Part shown: positions 59,400-64,000 of the stretch, in pieces
Position numbering within the stretch: position 1 is the first letter of the stretch
Layout: each line of letters starts with the position of its first letter
Origin: Vicinamibacterales bacterium
GTDB taxonomy: Bacteria; Acidobacteriota; Vicinamibacteria; Vicinamibacterales; UBA2999
Direction of reading: 5' to 3'
Assembly: GCA_030680175.1 (NCBI GenBank)
Contig: JAUXWO010000111.1
Span: 65,145-129,144, forward strand
Length of the DNA stretch: 64,000 nt
Position numbers and translations under genes: made by a program
Notes under the pieces: model-generated
Databases searched by the model: none
The model's input: only the letters and a program-made list of their open reading frames with translations
Told to the model about the DNA's origin: nothing

Positions 59400-60580
59400 C
59401 CACGCCGGCGGGCCGCGGCGGCGTGCTGATGGTGACGGGGGCGTACCTGCCTGAGCTGAGCGGCGGCGGCCTCCAGTGCCGGACGATGATCCATGCGCTC
59501 CGCGAGACGATGCGCTTCGAGGTGCTGACGACGTGCACGGACCCGGCGCTGCCCGGTCACGAGATCGTCGAGGGCATTCCGGTGACCCGCGTGTTCGTCG
59601 ACGTCCGGCGCTGGCGCACCAAGGTCGCGGCGCTCGTCCGTGTCACGCGCTTCTTCATCCGCCATCACGCGCGGTTCGCCGTCGTGCACCTGCACGGCTA
59701 CTCGCAGAAATCCGCCGCGATCATCCTGCTGGCCCGCCTCTTCGGGAAGAAAACCGTCCTGACGATTCACACGGCCGGGCATGATGAGGCGTCCGGTGCG
59801 CGCGCCATGGGGCGCGTGGCCTCCTGGGGCTACGGCCAGGTGGACCGCTACGTGGCCATCAGCACGCGGCTCGCGCGGAACTACCTGGAGGCGGGCCTGC
59901 CGCCCGAGCGCCTGCACGTGGCGCCCAACGGCCTCGACATCACGCGCTTTCGTCCGCCGGAGGCCGGCGAGTGTGAGGAAGCACTCCACGCCCTCGGTCT
60001 ACGAGACGACGTGCGATGGATCCTGTTCGTGGGGTTCTTCTCACGCGAGAAGGCGCCGGACGTGTTGTTTGAGGCGTGGCTGCGTCTGCGGGAGACGGAG
60101 TCGACGCCCACGGGCCTCCTGCTCGTCGGCGCCACGGAGGGCGTGTACCACGAGGTGGATGCGACACTGGCGCGCGACATTCAGGCACGGGCCGCGGCGC
60201 TGGGCCTGACGGATCTCGTGCGCATCACCGGCCCGCGGGCGGACATCGAGCGCGCCTACCACGCGGCGGACGTCCTCGCGATGCCCTCGACGCGCGAGGC
60301 CTTCGGGATGGTGCTGGTCGAGGCGATGGCCTCCGGCCTGCCCGTGGTTGCCACCCGGCTCGAGGGGGTCACCGACGAGATCGTGGAGGACGGCGTCACA
60401 GGGTGGCTGGTGCCGCCCCGCGATCCCGAGGCGTTGTCCGAGGTGCTGGCGCGTGTGTGCGCGGACTCGGCCGCGGCCCAGGCAATGGGCGCCCGCGGCC
60501 GAGAGGCCGTCGTCGCGAGGTACGGCCTCGAGGCCGCGCGCACCCGCTGGCTCTCCCTCTACCGGGGTCTGGCACCGTGA
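59396..60580 (+). CDS. GT4 (GT-B) glycosyltransferase
   Basis: GTG start within a GTGA overlap. Motifs LMVTGAYLPELSGGG, FVGFFSREKAPD and MPSTREAFGMVLVEAMASGLPVVATRLEGVTDEIVEDGVTGWLV (E-x7-E region). Confidence 0.9.
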   Translation: MTTPAGRGGVLMVTGAYLPELSGGGLQCRTMIHALRETMRFEVLTTCTDPALPGHEIVEGIPVTRVFVDVRRWRTKVAALVRVTRFFIRHHARFAVVHLHGYSQKSAAIILLARLFGKKTVLTIHTAGHDEASGARAMGRVASWGYGQVDRYVAISTRLARNYLEAGLPPERLHVAPNGLDITRFRPPEAGECEEALHALGLRDDVRWILFVGFFSREKAPDVLFEAWLRLRETESTPTGLLLVGATEGVYHEVDATLARDIQARAAALGLTDLVRITGPRADIERAYHAADVLAMPSTREAFGMVLVEAMASGLPVVATRLEGVTDEIVEDGVTGWLVPPRDPEALSEVLARVCADSAAAQAMGARGREAVVARYGLEAARTRWLSLYRGLAP

Positions 60581-60731
60581 CATCGAAAACGGCGCAGGAT
60601 CTGCCACATCACGGGGGCTGTGGGCTCGTGCCTGTGCATGGACGTGGCGGGTGCCGACCCTGGGATATCCACCCCCCCGCCCCCCCTGTGGCAGAATCTG
60701 CGCCTTTTTCGATGTCACGGTGCCAGACCCC
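60564..60731. repeat. 44-bp imperfect inverted repeat (41/44 matches) with an 80-nt spacer; candidate long RNA stem / terminator / MITE-like element
   Basis: The left arm (60564-60607) is ggggtctggcaccgtgacatcgaaaacggcgcaggatctgccac. The right arm (60688-60731) is gtggcagaatctgcgcctttttcgatgtcacggtgccagacccc. The mirrored peptide APFSMSRCQTP appears in ORF-track entries on both strands, which supports the repeat. The left arm covers the last 5 codons plus the stop of 59396..60580. The right arm ends 5 nt before ATG 60737. Confidence 0.9.
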
Positions 60732-60736
60732 ATAGA

Positions 60737-62587
60737 ATGACCGTAGTGCGCCGCCCCGACATCGTCTGTATCTCGTCCATCGACTGGGACTTCATCTGGC
60801 AGGGCCACCAGGAGATCATGTCCCGGCTCGCGGCCGAGGGGCATCGGGTCCTCTTCGTCGAGAACACGGGCGTCCGCCCGCCGCGCCTGAGCGACCTGCC
60901 GCGCCTGCGGCATCGCCTGACCAACTGGCGGCGCGGCACCAAGGGCTTCCGCGAGGAGCGGCCCAACCTGTTCGTCCAGTCCCCGCTCGTGCTGCCGCTG
61001 CCGTACTCGCGCGTGGCCCGTTGGGTGAACCGGATGGTGATGGTCCGCGGGCTGAACCGCTGGATGCGCGCCATCGGCTTCTCCCGCCCGATCGTCTGGA
61101 CGTTCCTGCCGACGCCGCTGGCGCGCGAGGTGATCGCGGCGCTCGACCCCGCGCTCACCGTCTACTACTGCATCGACGACCTGGCTTCGAGTTCGCCGGA
61201 GGCGCGCCGCATCGCCGCCAGCGAGCGACAGCTCTTCCGCGATGCCGACCTGGTGTTCGTGACGTCCGAGAAGCTGCGCGCGCGCGCGGCCGAGGACAGC
61301 GAGCGTGTGCACCTCTTCCCGTTCGGCGTGAACCTGGCGGCGTTCGAGCAGGTCCGCACCGAGGACGCCCCGATCCCGGAGGATCTGGCGGCGCTCCCGA
61401 GACCGGTGGCGGGGTATGTCGGCGGGCTCCACCAGTGGGTGGATCAGGATCTGCTCGCGGCTGTCGCCGAGCGCCTGCCGGACGTAAGCTTCGCCCTCGT
61501 CGGCCCGGCGCAGGTGGACGTGTCCCGCCTCGCACGCCTGCCGAACGTGCACCTGCTCGGCCAGCGTGCGCACGCGGAGGTGCCGCGTTATGTGAAGGGC
61601 TTCGATGTCGGCCTCGTGCCGTACCGCATCACCGAGTACACCGCCAACGTCTACCCGACGAAGCTGAACGAGTACCTGGTGATGGGCACGCCCGTGGTCG
61701 CGACCGATCTCGCGGAGATCCGGCGCTTCAACGCCGAGCACGGCGATGTTGTCTCGATCGGCACGACCCCCGACGAGTACGCCGCGGCCATTCGCCGCGC
61801 GATCGCCGGTGCACCGGCCGCGGAGGTCGCGCGCCGGATCGAGGTCGCCGAATCGAACAGCTGGGAGCGCCGCCTCGACGCGATGCGGACGCTGATCGAC
61901 GAGGCGCTGACCGTGCGCGAGGCCAGCCGGCCGGACTGGGAGGGACGGCTGCGCCGGCTCTACTCCGGGGCACGGCGGCGCACGGTCGAGGGTCTGGCCG
62001 CACTGCTGGTGGCGTACCTGCTCGTGTTCCACACGCCGCTCGTCTGGTGGCTCGCGTCGCCGCTCACCGTGACCGCCCCGCCTCAGCCCGCCGACGCGAT
62101 CGTCGTCTTCGCCGGGGGCGTGGGGGAGTCGGGGCGCGCCGGCGGAGGATTCCAGGAGCGCGTGACGCAGGCCGTCGAGCTCTACAAGGCGGGCTACGCC
62201 CCGCGCGTGGTCTTCTCGTCGGGCTTCGTCTTCACGATGCGCGAGGCCGAGGTGATGCGCGCGGTCGCCGAGGCCAACGGCGTCCCGCGTGACGCGATCG
62301 TGCTCGAGGAGCGCGCCGCCAACACGTACGAGAACGTCGCGTTCACCCAGGACATCCTCGAGGCGCGTGGCTGGCGCCGCATCCTGCTCGTGAGCTCCCC
62401 GTACCATATGCGCCGCGCGCTCCTCACGTGGCGTCACGTCGCGCCCGGGACCGAGGTGGTGCCGGCGCCGGTGCCCGAGAGCCAGTTCTACGCACGCGAC
62501 GGCTGGGGCATCTCCCTCGAGCAGATCCGCGGCCTGATCCACGAGTACGCCGCGATCCCGTACTACTGGTGGCGCGGCTGGCTGTAA
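60737..62587 (+). CDS. Fusion protein: GT-B glycosyltransferase + TM segment + YdcF/ElyC (DUF218) domain
   Basis: ORF 60620..62587 trimmed to MTVVRRPDIVCISSIDWDFIWQGHQ at 60737. GT-B C-terminal motif: NVYPTKLNEYLVMGTPVVAT. Hydrophobic segment: LAALLVAYLLVFHTPLVWWLA. DUF218 signature: ADAIVVFAGG...VVFSSG...ANTYENV...ILLVSSPYHMRRA. Confidence 0.8.
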   Translation: MTVVRRPDIVCISSIDWDFIWQGHQEIMSRLAAEGHRVLFVENTGVRPPRLSDLPRLRHRLTNWRRGTKGFREERPNLFVQSPLVLPLPYSRVARWVNRMVMVRGLNRWMRAIGFSRPIVWTFLPTPLAREVIAALDPALTVYYCIDDLASSSPEARRIAASERQLFRDADLVFVTSEKLRARAAEDSERVHLFPFGVNLAAFEQVRTEDAPIPEDLAALPRPVAGYVGGLHQWVDQDLLAAVAERLPDVSFALVGPAQVDVSRLARLPNVHLLGQRAHAEVPRYVKGFDVGLVPYRITEYTANVYPTKLNEYLVMGTPVVATDLAEIRRFNAEHGDVVSIGTTPDEYAAAIRRAIAGAPAAEVARRIEVAESNSWERRLDAMRTLIDEALTVREASRPDWEGRLRRLYSGARRRTVEGLAALLVAYLLVFHTPLVWWLASPLTVTAPPQPADAIVVFAGGVGESGRAGGGFQERVTQAVELYKAGYAPRVVFSSGFVFTMREAEVMRAVAEANGVPRDAIVLEERAANTYENVAFTQDILEARGWRRILLVSSPYHMRRALLTWRHVAPGTEVVPAPVPESQFYARDGWGISLEQIRGLIHEYAAIPYYWWRGWL

Positions 62588-63804
62588 GCGCGGCGATCCG
62601 GAAGGCGGTCCTCATCGGCCTGCCGGCGCTGCTGGCCGCCCTGATCATCTCCATGGCGCTCGTGGAAGCCTGGGTGCGCCTGCAGTGGGACGATCAGCGT
62701 GGACGTCCCGGCTTCTACCTGAGCGATCCGGTGCTCGGCCAGCGTCTCTCGCCCGGCTACGACGGATGGTTCGCCGGGGTCCCGGTGCGCGTCAACCGCC
62801 TGGGGTTCCGCGACGACCGGGACTACGCCGTGGAGAAGGCCCCAGGGGTGTTCCGCATCCTCGTCCTCGGCGACTCGGTGACCTTCGGGCACGGCACGAG
62901 CGGCGACACGACGTATCCCCACCTCCTCGAACAACGCCTGCGCGCGTGGCAGCCGGATGTCGCGTGGGAGGTGTGGAACCTCGGCGTGCCCGGCTACGCG
63001 ACGAGCCAGGAGCTCGCCTATCTGCGACAGGTCGCCGATGAATGGCGCCCCGACCTCGTCGTCGTCGGGTTCTTCCAGAATGACCTGACCGGCAACGAGC
63101 CCGAGGGAGCGCCATCGGTGTCGCGCCGCGCCCGGAGCGCCGTGCAGCGCGTGATGCAACGCCACCTCTACTCGTACGAGTTCTACAAGCGGGCGTACCT
63201 CACGTTGCGGTGGCGCCTGCTGACCGACGAGACGGGCCGGGAGCGGCTCGAGCATCTCGTCAACGAGGAGGCGCAACTCGGGCGGCAGGACTTCGCCGGC
63301 GAGCGTGGATCCACGGCGCTGACGCCGGTCGAGATCGTCGACGAGGACGAGGTCGCGCGCTTCCGGTGCGAGAGCCAGCTGATGCCCGACCTGCGGCGGG
63401 CCGAGACCCTGCGCGCAAGGCTGGCGCAGCCGGATGTGGGCATCCGCGCGTGGACGGATGCGGTGCGCGGCTTCCACGATCTGGCGCGCGAGTCCACGTA
63501 CCCGATCGTGTTCTTCATCAACATGGCGCCCGAAGCCTGCCCCGAGGCCGACCGTTTCTTCGATGGCGGCACGCTGGCGTTCGACGACCTGCTGCAGGAG
63601 ATCCTCGGCGCGGGCGCACCGGTGGTCAGCAGCGCCCGTGCGTTCCTGCGGTACCGCCCGTCGGAGATGCCAGGGGCGTCCGGCCACGCCGTCGGCAACG
63701 CGAACCAGGTCAAGGCCGGCGTCCTGTTCGACTACCTGGTGGCGCACGTCCTGGAGCGCGGCGAGATCCCGGACGGTCGCGCTGGCGACGAGCGGCGTCC
63801 ATGA
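62569..63804 (+). CDS. SGNH/GDSL-family hydrolase with N-terminal membrane anchor
   Basis: ORF 62428..63804 trimmed to GTG 62569, which keeps the hydrophobic segment AVLIGLPALLAALIISMALV. Block I is FRILVLGDSVTFGHG, followed by NLGVPGY and VVVGFFQNDL. Confidence 0.75.
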   Translation: MARLAVSAAIRKAVLIGLPALLAALIISMALVEAWVRLQWDDQRGRPGFYLSDPVLGQRLSPGYDGWFAGVPVRVNRLGFRDDRDYAVEKAPGVFRILVLGDSVTFGHGTSGDTTYPHLLEQRLRAWQPDVAWEVWNLGVPGYATSQELAYLRQVADEWRPDLVVVGFFQNDLTGNEPEGAPSVSRRARSAVQRVMQRHLYSYEFYKRAYLTLRWRLLTDETGRERLEHLVNEEAQLGRQDFAGERGSTALTPVEIVDEDEVARFRCESQLMPDLRRAETLRARLAQPDVGIRAWTDAVRGFHDLARESTYPIVFFINMAPEACPEADRFFDGGTLAFDDLLQEILGAGAPVVSSARAFLRYRPSEMPGASGHAVGNANQVKAGVLFDYLVAHVLERGEIPDGRAGDERRP

Positions 63805-63835
63805 CTCTCGTACGGACGAGCGGCGACTAAAGACG

Positions 63836-64000
63836 ATGTGTGGCATCTGCGGAGAACTGAGCCTCGAGTCAGGCCGGCCGGTGGCCGGGACGGCCATGCG
63901 CGCGATGGCGGACACGCTCGCGCATCGGGGACCGGACCACGCTGCGACGTTCCTGTCCGCGGATGGCGCCGCCGGCCTGGGCTTCCGCCGGCTGAGCATC
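63836..64000 (+). CDS. Asparagine synthase-like amidotransferase, N-terminal fragment (3' end outside window)
   Basis: ATG 63836 is followed by MCGICGELSLESG...LAHRGPDH...GLGFRRLSI, the same Ntn-amidotransferase signature as the three full copies. The frame is open to the window end. Confidence 0.8.
   Translation, partial: MCGICGELSLESGRPVAGTAMRAMADTLAHRGPDHAATFLSADGAAGLGFRRLSI

Noticed and set aside
1-64000. Mobile genetic element, prophage or defence island.
   Set aside because: No integrase, transposase, phage structural, toxin-antitoxin, restriction or nuclease-type ORFs were recognised. The only insert-like segments are the four-helix-bundle cassette and the 168-bp inverted-repeat element, which are reported separately.

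Overview
High-GC bacterial DNA (by eye about 65-70% GC; the phylum cannot be assigned from sequence alone). All of the roughly 50 credible genes are on the + strand. They form one very dense glycan (EPS/capsule/O-antigen-like) biosynthesis and decoration supercluster that runs off both window edges.

Gene content:
- 5 AsnB-type amidotransferases (2 cut by the window edges)
- 2 UDP-GlcNAc 2-epimerases
- 3 DegT-type aminotransferases
- 2 WbqC-family proteins
- a formyltransferase and a carbamoyltransferase
- 5 SAM-methyltransferase domains
- 4 acyl/acetyltransferases
- 3 deacetylase-like proteins
- 5 GT-B (GT4-like) glycosyltransferases
- 4 GT2 polyprenyl-phosphate-type glycosyltransferases
- 5 very large polytopic GT-C-like membrane proteins
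- a flippase-like membrane protein
- 2 cytoplasmic heparinase II/III-like proteins, plus 1 divergent relative
- a bi-domain oxidoreductase
- 3 beta-propeller paralogs
- an ABC-2 permease with no ATPase
- an SGNH hydrolase
- one four-helix-bundle (23S-IVS/Avd family) gene

Twenty gene junctions are 4-nt NTGA stop/start overlaps.

Most notable signals beyond ordinary annotation:
1. Five tandem heptanucleotide arrays fill five consecutive non-overlapping junctions between 18.7 and 26.9 kb. Two of them bracket the four-helix-bundle gene. One spans both a stop codon and the next start codon.
2. A roughly 120-aa 'GYQ...RW' module is shared by four or five proteins, including an insertion inside the cytoplasmic oxidoreductase.
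3. A 44-bp imperfect inverted repeat with an 80-nt spacer links the end of one GT gene to the start of the next.
4. A WbqC gene has a conserved N-terminus that can only be translated from a CTG inside a CTGA overlap.

No rRNA, tRNA, CRISPR, transposase or integrase was seen. All functional calls rest on motif-level recognition of the supplied translations. No database search or composition calculation was run.
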